DNA of 64,000 nucleotides from positions 2,535,748 through 2,599,747 of the forward strand of contig MU059781.1 in NCBI GenBank assembly GCA_013265495.1, given 5' to 3'. Within the stretch, counting starts at the first letter, position 1, and the number at the start of each line of letters is the position of its first letter. A program made the position numbers and the translations under genes. The notes under the pieces were generated by a model that was not told the origin of the DNA, ran no database searches, and worked only from the letters and a program-made list of their open reading frames with translations. This document shows positions 1 to 10,841 of this stretch, one piece after another. This DNA comes from Vicugna vicugna. Lineage: Eukaryota.

Positions 1-73
1 GCGCTCCTTAGGGGCTGCGGCCCGGGGTCTGAGCCTCAGGAGCGCCGCGTCGTCCCGGGTGCAGGGCTCTGCC
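1..73. promoter_or_regulatory. Right-hand edge of a probable CpG island
   Basis: 8 CpGs in the first 60 bp, very GC-rich; further CpG-rich patch with GGGCGGAAG (GC box/ETS-like) near 560-710. The island presumably continues left of the window. Confidence 0.45.
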
Positions 74-150
74 AACATGAGGGAGGAAAGCTATTGCACT
101 GCAGCGTGGTGTTAAACCACCGAATCAAAATCACTCTTTTTCACGTCTCT

Positions 151-252
151 TTTTTTTTTAATTGAGGGAAAATTCACATAACCTAAAACTGACCATTTGA
201 ACCATTTGAAAGCATACAATGGGGCGGCTTCTAGAACATTCACAGCATTTGT
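151..252 (-). mobile_element. L1 (L1MB-like) 3' end fragment
   Basis: T-run followed by aattgagggaaaattcacataacctaaaactgaccattt...acattcacagcatt, the antisense of an old L1 3' terminus. Confidence 0.7.
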
Positions 253-1457
253 CTCTGATCCTTCAGACTGAGTCAAGGGAAGAGTCGCAGTGTGGTGCTG
301 CTTTACCTTTAATAATTCTAATATTTTATCATCTCCCTTTTTTAAGAAAAGGGAAAGCAAGTTAAGAGTCTGGTAAATAAGCATACAACTAGAATTTAAT
401 AACATAAATTTGGTGTTTATGTGTCTTGTTTTATTTACCCTGAATTTCTACTTACAGAGTAATAAAACTTCCTTGTTAAATAAATATTTTAAGTAAAGTG
501 GTGAGTTGATTTAAAGAAAAAATTCAGGTAAATAATTAGCATTAGCGGTGCATGCATACGGCAAAAAAAAAAAAAATCACAAAGGAGGTACGTGAACGAC
601 TGAAGGTGCACAGCTGCTCTCCGGCGGCTGGATGCGAAGTGACCTGAAGGGTCCGGTGATGGGCGTTTAGAAGGAGGAGGCTGGGCGGAAGAAAATAACC
701 TGTCAAAACACGGTAGGGGTGAGGGGCTAGGACTTGGGAAGGGAGACTCCTAGCAGAGTCTAGAATGTGGGCTGGGCCTAAGTCTTCTTTCCTGCAAGTC
801 CACTGGCCCAGCCTGCCTTCCACCGTGGTTCTGAAAGCTTGGAGATCCTGGAATTGTCTCCAATGTCTGAATTGCAGAAAAATACCCCGCCTCCGAGAGT
901 AGCAGACCCACTCTCAGACTGGGCACCCAAACCAAAGACGGCAAACTCTGAGGAAGTTTGGGGATGGGCAAGAAGACTGGGTCATGCTGGACCACGGCTG
1001 GACCATGGCGGGATCACACAGGCTGGAATACAAGCAAACTGCTCAGTCTCCTGGACAACCGCTAAGGAAGGAGGTAAAGAGGAGAGATAAGACCAGGGAC
1101 CTGAGACAGTATGTCCTTTTGCCCTCGGGCTTTTTCAGAGGAAGGCTGTGGTTGGAGCCGGTGTGGGAGGGACCCGTGGAATGAGCTGTCTTCCCTCCCG
1201 TAGAGCCGCTGGCCAGGCCCACGTGTGTGGGAAACTGATGGCGTCTCAGAAGTGAGGCTCTGCTGCTGGAAGATTCTTCTCCGCCTACAAATCTGTTTCT
1301 AATGATTCACCGTTTGTAAATGGAATCCCCATCACAGGCTCTTCATTAGTGAGAGGTTATCAAGAAGAAAAATGGGGCACCCATCCGGAAAGAAAAATTC
1401 CTGATGCCTAACAGATTGTCAGGAAGATTTCCAGCCGCCTAGATTTGAAGACAATGT

Positions 1458-1497
1458 ACACACACACACACACACACACGCACACACACACACACAC
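1458..1497. repeat. (CA)n microsatellite, one CG interruption
   Basis: Direct reading. Confidence 0.95.
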
Positions 1498-1779
1498 TCT
1501 GGAGCTAGCCTGAGCCAGAATATTTGTTTATTCGAGGTGCCCCACATATATTAGACTACCTCCTATACGAAAGACAAAGTCCCACCTTTTAAAGTGCAAA
1601 TACATATGAAAGAAACAATACCTTAAGCCGCTGGTCCCACACAAATTGGTCTAACACACTGTAAGGCGATGCCTTCCCCTCACATCCAGGAGAGATCAGA
1701 TAAACAGGAAAATGAGAGTCGGAGCCCCAGAAATTGCATTTCCCTCCATTTACTGACACGTTCCTGTTTTCCTTCCTGC

Positions 1780-2940
1780 AAAATTTGTCTCCAGAGTTGT
1801 TCACTGTCCCTTGTCCACTTCCTCCTCTCCTGTACTCACCCTACCTGGCAAGTCACCAGCCACGTCACATGGTCAAACCCACTGGCCACCTTCCTGTCTT
1901 CCTCTTCCTTGGTTCTCAGCAGCCTTTAACACAGTCGAACTCTCTAAGGGTACACATGGCCTAATCTTGGCATCTGTCACATTAAACTCTTCTGATTTTC
2001 ATCCATCCAACCTCACCAGCCACTCTCCCGATCTCCTTCTCCTCTGTGCTACTTTCTGAAAGTAGGAGAACCCTGGGGCCACCGCTCAGCTCCTTCCTCC
2101 TCCCACAGTGATTCCCTGGGGCCTCTCATCAAGTCCAGGGACATGAAACACCACCCCCTGGCTGACGGCTCCAATTTTCATCTCTAGTCCTGACCCTCTC
2201 CGAAGTTCCGAGCTCAAATAGCCACAGATCTCCTTGGTGGCTCTCACTGTGTTTCTAACAGGCATTTCAACCCTAACTTGTCCCGAACAGAACTGTGATT
2301 TCTCCTCCCATATTTCTTCCCCCATCTTCTCCTTCTCAATTATGGCATCAACACCCAACCACCCAAAATACGGTGAAAACAAAACCACCGTATTTTGCCA
2401 AGACTACAGCCTCCTAGCTGGTCCCTCTGCTTCTGTTCCTCTCTGCAAAATTCCTCAATAGCATTCCACCCCAAAATAACCTCAAAGCCTGATCTTGGCC
2501 TAGGGTTTGCCCACCCACCCACCTCTCCACGACCTAGTCTCCTCCCACTTCCTCTCTGTCCACTTGTCTCAGGCCACACGGGCCTCCACGCTGTCCTCCA
2601 TGCCTCCCTCGCCTTCGCCCCGTGGCCTCTGCACCCACTGTTTCCACTTCCTGGCTCATGGCCGCTCAGCCATCAGCAGGCTCACTTCCTCGCGCCTCTG
2701 CTCAGAGACCACCCCTCAGAGAGGACTCCCTGCCGGTCTTCTCTCAGACTAGCCCTCGGCGTCACAGTGCTTCCCGCCACAACCCGACTCCTGTCGTTGA
2801 CCACTACCTACTTCTCACCACTTGTGTGAGGTCAAGGTGAGCTGGGACTTGATCTATTTTGTTCCTGGCTCTGTACCCAGAGCCTAGAAGAGCGCCTGGC
2901 ACATAGCAGGTGTCAAATAAGTATCTGTGACTTAATTAAT
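1780..2940 (+). mobile_element. L2 LINE, decayed 3' portion
   Basis: Pyrimidine-rich L2-like body (aacaggcatttcaaccctaacttgtcccgaacagaactg) ending in the L2 tail gcgcctggcacatagcaggtgtcaaataag. Confidence 0.75.
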
Positions 2941-2944
2941 AAAT

Positions 2945-3815
2945 TTTTATTCCTCTTCCCTCCAATTCCTCATGCTCAATCCACTCAAAAAATCCTCCTT
3001 TCATCTCCATCCCAAGTCCGTCCAATTCTGTCCTAGTTCCCGCCACCGTCGTGTCTTGCCTGGGCTGTGGCTTAGTGTCCTGCCTGACTAGCCTCCCTGT
3101 TTTCTCTCTCAAGTCCATTCTCCAAACCGCAGCCATGGTTTTTTTTTTAAAGACACAAATCAGGCACCTTATTTAAAATCCGTGAAAGTTTCCCAAGGCT
3201 CTTTGGGGTTTTGTTGTTGTTGCTTTTTACTATATTTGATTTACATTTCAGGTGTGCGGTGAACTGACTCCGTTCTATATATATACATATATATATCTCC
3301 CAATGCTCCTGGAATAACGTACAAACCTCTGACCGGAGTCTGCAGGCTGTGGGGACCGGCACTGGCATCGGTTGCTCAATGAGCTTCAGCCACGCGAGTC
3401 TTTCTACCCTGCCTTCAACACGCCAAGTACGTCCCCGCCTCGGGGAGCTTGCACACGCCAGGCCTTCTCTGCAGATGGCTCTCTCCCCCAGAGCCACGTG
3501 ACTGGCACCTTCTCCGTATCCAAGCCTCTACCTAAATGACACCTCCTCAGAGAGACCCTCCCTGGCCACTGTCTAAGCCAAGCTCCGCCTGTCACCTGCT
3601 GCCGTGTTACTGTGCCTTACTTTCCCCAGAACACTTATAAACATTCTGCTTATTTACTTGTGTGCTTTTTAACTGCCTTCTCCGGTAAAATCTCCTGCCT
3701 TGTCTTCCATTATATTTCTAATGTACTGTATAAATCTTGGCATTACTATTATTATTACTATTTGCCCATCGGGAATTACTCATCAACTATTGGTTAAATT
3801 TAATTAAATGTGCTG
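2945..3815 (+). mobile_element. Second L2 fragment (interrupted by an L1 tail)
   Basis: L2-type segments ccattctccaaaccgcagcc and cacctcctcagagagaccctccctggccact. Confidence 0.65.
3205..3297 (-). mobile_element. Short artiodactyl-type L1 3' tail
   Basis: T-rich run then tttcaggtgtgcggtgaactgactccgttctatatatatacat, antisense of the ...gaatcactttgctgtacacctgaaa L1 end. Confidence 0.55.
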
Positions 3816-3894
3816 GCTCTTAAAAAACTTTTGGACAAATGATTTTTTTTTGGTAGTAAAACCCTTCTAAATATTAAGATGAATTAAAGATATA

Positions 3895-4850
3895 ATTATT
3901 TGTAATTGTCAGACCAAACCTCAGAGGCTTAAATCAATCAAAGTATATTTTGCATTTTTTCACTGTCAAAATATTGCAGAAAAATGTGTTACAGCTTGGT
4001 GTTATAGCTCAGTTGTGACAGCAACCTGGATCTGGGTGAGAGACCAAGTGGCACTCGGAGAGTTGGAGAGCTCAGGTTTATTATGCCAGCAAGCCCAGAG
4101 GAGTTAACACTCCAAGCTCTGGACCCTGTCTGTAGGTTTACACAGGCCTTTATAGGCTGCCAGTTTTGCATTTTGCAACATCATATGCAAATTAAGTATA
4201 ACAGAAGTTGATCAACCAGGAACAAGCTTTGTAGAAATAGACCAATCAGGAGTGAGGGGAATGGACCAATCAGGAGTGAGAGAAATAACCAATCAGGAGT
4301 GAGCTTCATGCAAATAAAGTACTACAAATCAGAAGTTAGGGAAGTGGACCAATCAGAAGTGAGAGTAATAACCAATCAGGAGTGAAGGAAATAACCAATC
4401 AGAAGTGAGTTCAGGGAACCAATCGAATTTTAGGGGTAAGTAAGCTGTTTCAGAGGCAAAAAGTGAGATCGAGCCTCTGGGCCAGGGAACCAGACGGTGC
4501 CAGCAGGAGAGTAGTGGCCCTGCTTGGGGGCCCTGCCAGTCTTTTTATGGGGCTTCCCGCCTCATAATGAAGCTGTGATGGGGGCAGCATTCTGCACAAT
4601 GATTCCAGGACCCAGGGTCCTCCTATCTTGTGGCTCCACCATAGCCTCCCTTCAAATCCTCCGCTGGATTTTCTTCATCTAACTCATCAGCGTGCAAAGA
4701 GAAGGAGAAAGCCAAAGATGGCCTCGGACACTCCGGGGGCCAGGCCCATAAGTGGAGAACATGACTTTTACCCACATCCCGCGGACCAGAACTAATCACA
4801 TGGCTCTGACTTCGCTGTAAAGAAGGCCGGGGCTGCTTGGGAAGTCCCTG
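3895..4850 (-). mobile_element. Old MaLR LTR (MLT1J/K/L-like) split by the ERV LTR
   Basis: ccaggacccagggtcctcctatcttgtggctccaccat and accagaactaatcacatggct resemble reverse MLT1 motifs; similar sequence lies on both sides of 3987-4564. Confidence 0.6.
3987..4564 (-). mobile_element. ERV solo LTR (578 bp) with CCAAT/octamer array
   Basis: Minus strand begins TG(AGGCGGG) at 4564 and ends (GCTGTAA)CA at 3987; flanks aaatg/taatg; TATAAA at 4154-4149 and AATAAA at 4082-4077 on minus; 7 CCAAT boxes and 2 ATGCAAAT in the U3 part. Confidence 0.8.
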
Positions 4851-5529
4851 CTACACACTGACGCCAGGGCTCTGCCACACCAACGAGCCTGACCGTCATC
4901 TCTGGGGTTCACGGTAATGGTTCATGGCCCTTTTGGGTCAGAGGAAGGCGAAACCCTGCCGAAACAGTCCTAGCCCCCTCAGCATGAGCCTTCATGCTTG
5001 TCGGCGCTCCAGACACAGAAGCACATTTTGACTTTCTCTTCTCCTTTCTGCGTTTAATCTTGTTTACCCTTGAGCTTATTAGTGTGATCTTCATCTCATA
5101 ATCGTTTCACTTAAATAATTAATGGAAATTACCAGGCCATAAAGACAAAGAACAAAGGTATATTTAAGAACAACATGGGATTTTATGAATAAAATAAAAA
5201 GATTTAAACCCTAACCCCACTCCAAGAACAGGTATGAAGACATTAAAGCAAACAGGTGAAAATAAATGTGTTGAATCTTTTATGGTTCTCATTTCATTAT
5301 TTTTCTTTAATAAAATTGAATATCAGATTATATCTACCTAGACACATTTGGGAATGGGAAGCAGGTGAAATAGACCAGTTGAGGAGGGATGTGTCTAAAT
5401 AGAACAGCTGTATAACAACCTTAAAGCAATCTTCAGTTCACTTGGCATGACTTGGTAAGTGCAGACCACCGCAGAAACACTACACAGGAGAGGCAGAGCA
5501 CTGCGGGACGCGGCGAGAGCAGTGAGCCT

Positions 5530-6095
5530 TCAGCACCCTGAGGGAAAGGCGTCATGTGACTGACAGGAGGGGAGGGGGGCTCTCCAAGGAAGGTACAGCA
5601 TAAACAAAGACCTGAAGATGGAAACTACGGGTGAGAGAAGGGAACATGAAGAAAACTAACTTCCTGGAGTGGGACACCTGTAGTGAGATGCTCTGTGAGA
5701 GAAAACAGGAAACATGATTTATGGAGAAAGGCTTATTGTCAGAAGGCTAAGGAACCCGGACTTGAAGGAATCAGAAGTAAGGCAATAGTGTACTGTCTTT
5801 TAATCAGGGGAGAGAGAAGCTGAAAGCACTGCTGAATCTGGCAGCAGCCTGCAGGATGCACGGAAAGTGAGGAGACTAGTTAAGAGGCTGCTGTGGTAAT
5901 TTATATGAGACTTGATAGGGACTTGGCTCTGAGAGGTGGCAGCTGAAATGGAGACCCAGGGACCAATCCAAGAGAATCTGCAGAGAGAGGAAAGATGCTT
6001 GTGAATGACTGGACACAAGACGGGAAGGAGAAGGGGTGGGCGGAACCCTGGACAGGGCAGGGGTGGCAGCACCGAGAGGGAGGAATTGAGCAGGT
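5530..6095 (-). mobile_element. L2 fragment
   Basis: Purine-rich antisense L2 pattern (ggagactagttaagaggctgctgtggtaatt...gagaggtggcagctgaaatggaga). Confidence 0.65.
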
Positions 6096-6994
6096 ATCTG
6101 ATGCCTCTTATAGGTTAAATTTTGTAACACTTATTACTGAGTTAGTCATCATGGGATCTTTCTTTTTAATTTCTAATTCTGAGACACATGGTTAAAATTA
6201 AGGTTAACATTCTCGTTGGCTTCAGTTTCATAGAACTTTAAAATGGACAACGTTGGGGGGCGGGGCTGAGTGTACACACCAAAATAGTATATACTTGCCA
6301 GATCATGTTTTAATGTGTAACAGAATGGCAGAGCAGTGCTTCATGTAATCAAAACATATTTTACTAGGAGAGGCAATTGGGGCTCAAAACCAAAATGGTT
6401 CTTGAATAAATGTCGCTGGTTTAAGACAGCTAATTGATTTGTTTGTGTACCATGCAAACCTTTCACCTGGCATTTTCTGCTCTGCCTTCTGGTTACTTCT
6501 GTAGCAAGCTGAAAGTGTTGCAAGTTGTGTGGAAATTTAAAGAAAAATAGGCACTCCACTCAGAGTAAGGTAGACACTGGAAAAGATGTTAAAAAGCCTG
6601 GTGAAAAACAAAGCACGCAAATTTCGGGAAGAAAGGAACGTTTCTATGTGGAATGAATGTAAACACGGAGACCGGCCAGGAGGCATGGGAAAGGCAGGGA
6701 ACGTGCAAAACCTGCCCCTGGGAGCGGAGGGTTTCAGTGGGAGAAGGGGTGGTAAACAGAAGTGAACTGGAAATCCAAAAAGTAGAAAATGAAATCTTCA
6801 GCAGAGACTTCAGCCTCTGACACTGTCAAAAGGAGAATCTTTTCTCCGATTCTCGAGCCTTCAGTGCCCGAGCTAAGAGGGCATAACTTACAGCGCTGTG
6901 GAGGGCAGGAGAGAGCCAACGGGGACACGGGTGAGTTCTTCATTGTAAGAATTATGTTCAGGATCTCCGCCATGGTATTCCCAAAGGCAAGGGT

Positions 6995-7697
6995 GTAGAA
7001 TTAAATCGTTCCCAACCAGAAACCCCACTTCTGGGTTTATATCCAAAGGAAATGAAAACAGGATCTCGAAGAGATATCTGCACGCCTGTGTTCACTGTGG
7101 CATTATTCACAATAGCCAAGATATGGAAACACCCTGAGTGTCTGTCAGCATATGAGTGGACAAAGAAGCTGTGAGGTATACACGAATATTATTCAGCCAC
7201 AAGAAAGAAGGAACTCTTGCCATTGATGACAACGTGGATGAACACTCAGGGCATTATGATAAGTGAAATAAGTCAGACAGGAAAAGACTGTATGGTCTCA
7301 CTTCTATGTGGAATCTCAAAAAGCCAAACTCACAGAAACAGAGAATAGAGTGGTGGTTACCAGGGGTCGGGAACAGAGGAAGGGGGAGATGTCAGTCAAG
7401 GGGCATAAGCTTCCAGTTACAAGATGGCTAAGGTCTGGGGATCTGCTGCACAGCATGGTGATCACAGGCAGGGATAGTGGGTTGTATCCTTGCAAGCTTC
7501 CAAGAGACTAGATTCTAAAGTCCTCACCACCAGAAAGAAATGGTAGTTACGTGATGTGATGGAGACGTTCGCTGACACCACGGTGAGAATCGGCTCGCGA
7601 TATATTAGTGTGTCGAATCAACACATTGTACACCTTACCCTTACACAATATTATGTGTCAGTTATATATCAATAAAGCTATAAAATAAAATAAAATA
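6995..7697 (+). mobile_element. L1 3' end (L1MA9/10-like): ORF2 C-terminus, 3' UTR and A-rich tail
   Basis: ccacttctgggtttatatccaaaggaaatgaaaaca...gcattattcacaatagccaagatatggaaaca (ORF2p C-terminal LLGIYPKEMK...LFTIAKIWK-like), ending aataaagctataaaataaaataaaat. Confidence 0.92.
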
Positions 7698-7769
7698 GTT
7701 CCTAAAATTTGGATGGCACAGATGAGATGACAGGAGGAAGCTGGGAATTTATTTGAAATTAAGGTCTGT

Positions 7770-8224
7770 ATCAGGAAGTTCTAATTGATCTCCAACATCT
7801 AATCTTCTTTCCTTGCGCAGGAACAGTATTCCCCAGTGTTGGCAGAGCACATGGGTGCCTAAAATAAAGACTACATTTCCCACCTTCCTTGCAGCGGAGG
7901 TGGATCTGTCAGACTAAGTTTTGGTCAATGGATTATATGAGGAAGCTGGAGTGCAAAAGAAGGGAGTGTGGCGTGTTCTGGTGTCTTTTTCGTTACTGGT
8001 CAGTGAAACAGAAATGTGATGGCTGAGACGAGAGAGGCCTCCTCAGACCTCAGGATGCAGGCCACACACTGAGGATGGTGACACGAGGGTGCAGGATCCT
8101 GGGTCCCCGGTGACAGTGGAGCCACCATCCCAGCTGTAGATAACGTTTCCTTGACAGTGAGATAAACGTCTATCCTGCTGAGTCCCTGATCATTCCCCAA
8201 TGAATGCAGTTACTCCTACGGTCA
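7770..8224 (+). mobile_element. MaLR LTR (MLT1G/H-like)
   Basis: aaagactacatttcccaccttccttgcagc...gactaagttttggtcaatgg and cacactgaggatggtgac are MLT1 hallmarks. Confidence 0.7.
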
Positions 8225-9193
8225 CTGGCCCACTCACAGAGGCAGGGCAAGCTCAAGCCAAACCGAACGGGCATGAGGCTCCCAGCACCAAGAAGCTGAC
8301 AGGGTCCTTTCGGAATAAATGTTCAGGTAAATCCGATCAGCATAAATGAATACAACTTTTAGCCTGAGACTGAGGAAAAAGGGAAAACAAGGTAATAGAA
8401 CCATTAATTAGACAACTGACAGGGCTGGGCTGGGGGAAGATGAGGCTGACATACATAGTACCTTCCGTGCTTAGAAACACGCAAAATAGACAAAGAGGGT
8501 TTGGCTGTTGAGCTGAAAATGGGCTTTATGCAGTAATCGGTGCACTCGGAGCTACCCGTTACAAACAGGCCAGAGGAGGGAGGGTTTCCTGAAAAATGGT
8601 ACGTTGTACGTGAGGCACACAGTCGACCGTAACCTTGGAAAATGCTCACAGAGCTAAGGAAGAATTTCATGGTTACATCATGGCCATGTGGCTACAGAGT
8701 TACTAGAAGCCAAAAATCTGTGAGATGAAACTGGAAACATCTAATGAAAGTGAAGATACCACTAGACGAAGCGAGGCTAAAACACGGAAGGCCTCGTGTC
8801 ACCTTCCAGGCTGACAAAACCCAGTCTGGTGAGGCGGAGAGGCACAGTCTGGGGATCAGACAGAGGACTGCTCTCCAGAACTCACTAACAAAGGAAATAT
8901 CATGTCTTGGCTTTGAGTGCCAGATAAGAACTTACAGAGAAAGTCTTTTCATAGGAACCACTATGTAACAGTAGTTACAACACGATTTAGTTCCACATTT
9001 TGGCAGAAAGCTCAACAAAATCTATTATGCAGTTACCCAACTTTAAAAAGGGAACTGTGCCCAACCCACAAGCAGTAAATTAGGGGGGAAAAAAAAGGAA
9101 TCACATAAAAAGAAATTAATTGAGAAAGCCAAGTTATTGCTAGAAGCCCAAGAAAAGTATTTCTATGAGTTTTTAAAAAATTATTTCTTTAAA

Positions 9194-9194
<1 letters not shown>

Positions 9195-9240
<46 letters not shown>
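9195..9240. repeat. (TA)23 microsatellite
   Basis: Direct reading; followed by an A-run, an N gap and a T-run. Confidence 0.95.
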
Positions 9241-9244
<4 letters not shown>

Positions 9245-9275
9245 ATATAAAAAAAAAATAAAAACACAAAAAAAA

Positions 9276-9305
9276 NNNNNNNNNNNNNNNNNNNNNNNNN
9301 NNNNN
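9276..9305. other. Assembly gap (30 N)
   Basis: N run. Confidence 1.
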
Positions 9306-10500
9306 TTTTTTTTTTTTACTGTAAAGACGGACCAAGTGAGAGGGAGACAGTTTGAGGGACAGGTGTAAGCCAGAAACTGGGCAGCAAAAGGATGGAAAGC
9401 CTGCTGAGGTGCCTCGCACACAGGGGCAGAGAAGGGGCAGCCGGCTCCAAGGCTGTGGGACCCCTTTTGATCACGGTGCCAAAGATTTGACTGAAGATGA
9501 AAGGAGAAAAGAGAGACTAAATGGAATATTTAAAGAAATTTTGCTTCCCAAATTCCGTTTGGAAATGCACTGATGGGAGATATTAAATGTCCAGAATGTT
9601 CTAGACATGTCAGACAGAACCAGAGGCATCAGAGCCAGAGAGCAGCAACTCAAGGTCCCAGAGGAACGACTACCCCCATCATCAAGGTGTGACCCTCGGG
9701 TAGAGTCTGATCCACACGAAAATCTTGAAGAACGTGTGCAGACTAAACAGGAGGTTTGCTGACACGGCAGGTCAAAGACTAGGAGATAGATCGAGCAGAA
9801 ACCCTGCCTGTTTCTTAAATGTCCCCCAATGGGGGGAAGTCATGCTACGTTAGTCTAGTATTTTAGGAGAGAAAGAAACATGAAGACATAGGGAATTCAT
9901 GGACACAATTTATTTACAGCCTCAAAGCTCCTTCCATAGGGACCTGAAATAGCACAGGACCCGTTTTGAAAAACAAAAGGAAACAGCAAAACTCAGACCT
10001 GACTCGGGCCTGACAACACGATGCTGTTTGTTGTGATGATTTCTCGAGGACACGCAGGAATGGAACGTGTCACCCACTGTACAGCAAAGCGCTGAATTCT
10101 TTCAGTCTCTCTCTTCTGAGTCCTTCTCCCTCAGGCAGCCCTCCCTCTGCATACCCCTCTTGGCTCTCAAGGCTCCCCTCTTCACTCCCTCTCTCCCCAA
10201 AATCCTGGTCACAGCACACTCCCCTCCACCCCATCACCCACCTGGACCCAAAAGGCTAGCGCTAGCTCAAGGGCATTGCAAACTCCCCGGTTTAGCCTAA
10301 ACATTAACTACTGGCAGTTTTTACGCCCTTGGGAATCCACAATTCACACAGTCATTAAGATAGAAATTGTTTCAGGAAAAAAAAAATTAAAATGTTCTGT
10401 CTTTGTGCACATGGGAAAAAGTGACAACAAGAGCTAACACTTTAAGAGCATTGCTATTATTGCTTCATTGTATTAACTCTTTTCCTCCCTCCTCCCCCTT

Positions 10501-10524
10501 CATCATCATCATCATCATCATCAT
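10501..10524. repeat. (CAT)8 microsatellite
   Basis: Direct reading. Confidence 0.95.
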
Positions 10525-10816
10525 TTCCCCTCCCTCAGGAAGAAACTGAGGACACACAGCTTAATTAGCAGAACACATTTCTGGACCCTGCCCTTTGATC
10601 TGGCCCCAGAATCCATTCTTAACTAGCACCCCACACTCTCCCCCAAGGGACTCTCCCGCTGAGTTTTCTGTCTCTGTGGATGGCGTCTCACACATCCACG
10701 AACGCCCTCCCTCACCCCATCCGCCCAGCGCCCGGGGCCTTGGCGGGTCCCTGCGGCAGCCTCTCCCTGCCCGTGCTCTTACAGGAGCGGGTACATTTCT
10801 CTTTCACACTCACATT

Positions 10817-10841
10817 CACACACACACACACACACACACAC
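10817..10841. repeat. (CA)n microsatellite
   Basis: Direct reading. Confidence 0.95.

Noticed and set aside
71-115. Good-Kozak ATG (gccaacATGa) beginning MRE..., superficially tubulin-like
   Set aside because: The frame closes after 12 codons (MREESYCTAAWC*) with no tubulin similarity beyond three residues.
4241-4425. Short tandem array as a CRISPR-like or novel repeat system
   Set aside because: Eukaryotic DNA; the ~23-bp units have only a few variable bases between them and lie inside an LTR U3 region.
8225-9180. Possible processed pseudogene (short protein-like frames)
   Set aside because: All frames are broken by stops, no parent gene is recognised, and no TSD or coherent poly(A) relationship is visible.
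9241-9320. A-run / N gap / T-run as a hairpin or retrogene tail
   Set aside because: The gap hides the junction; most likely an assembly difficulty next to (TA)23.
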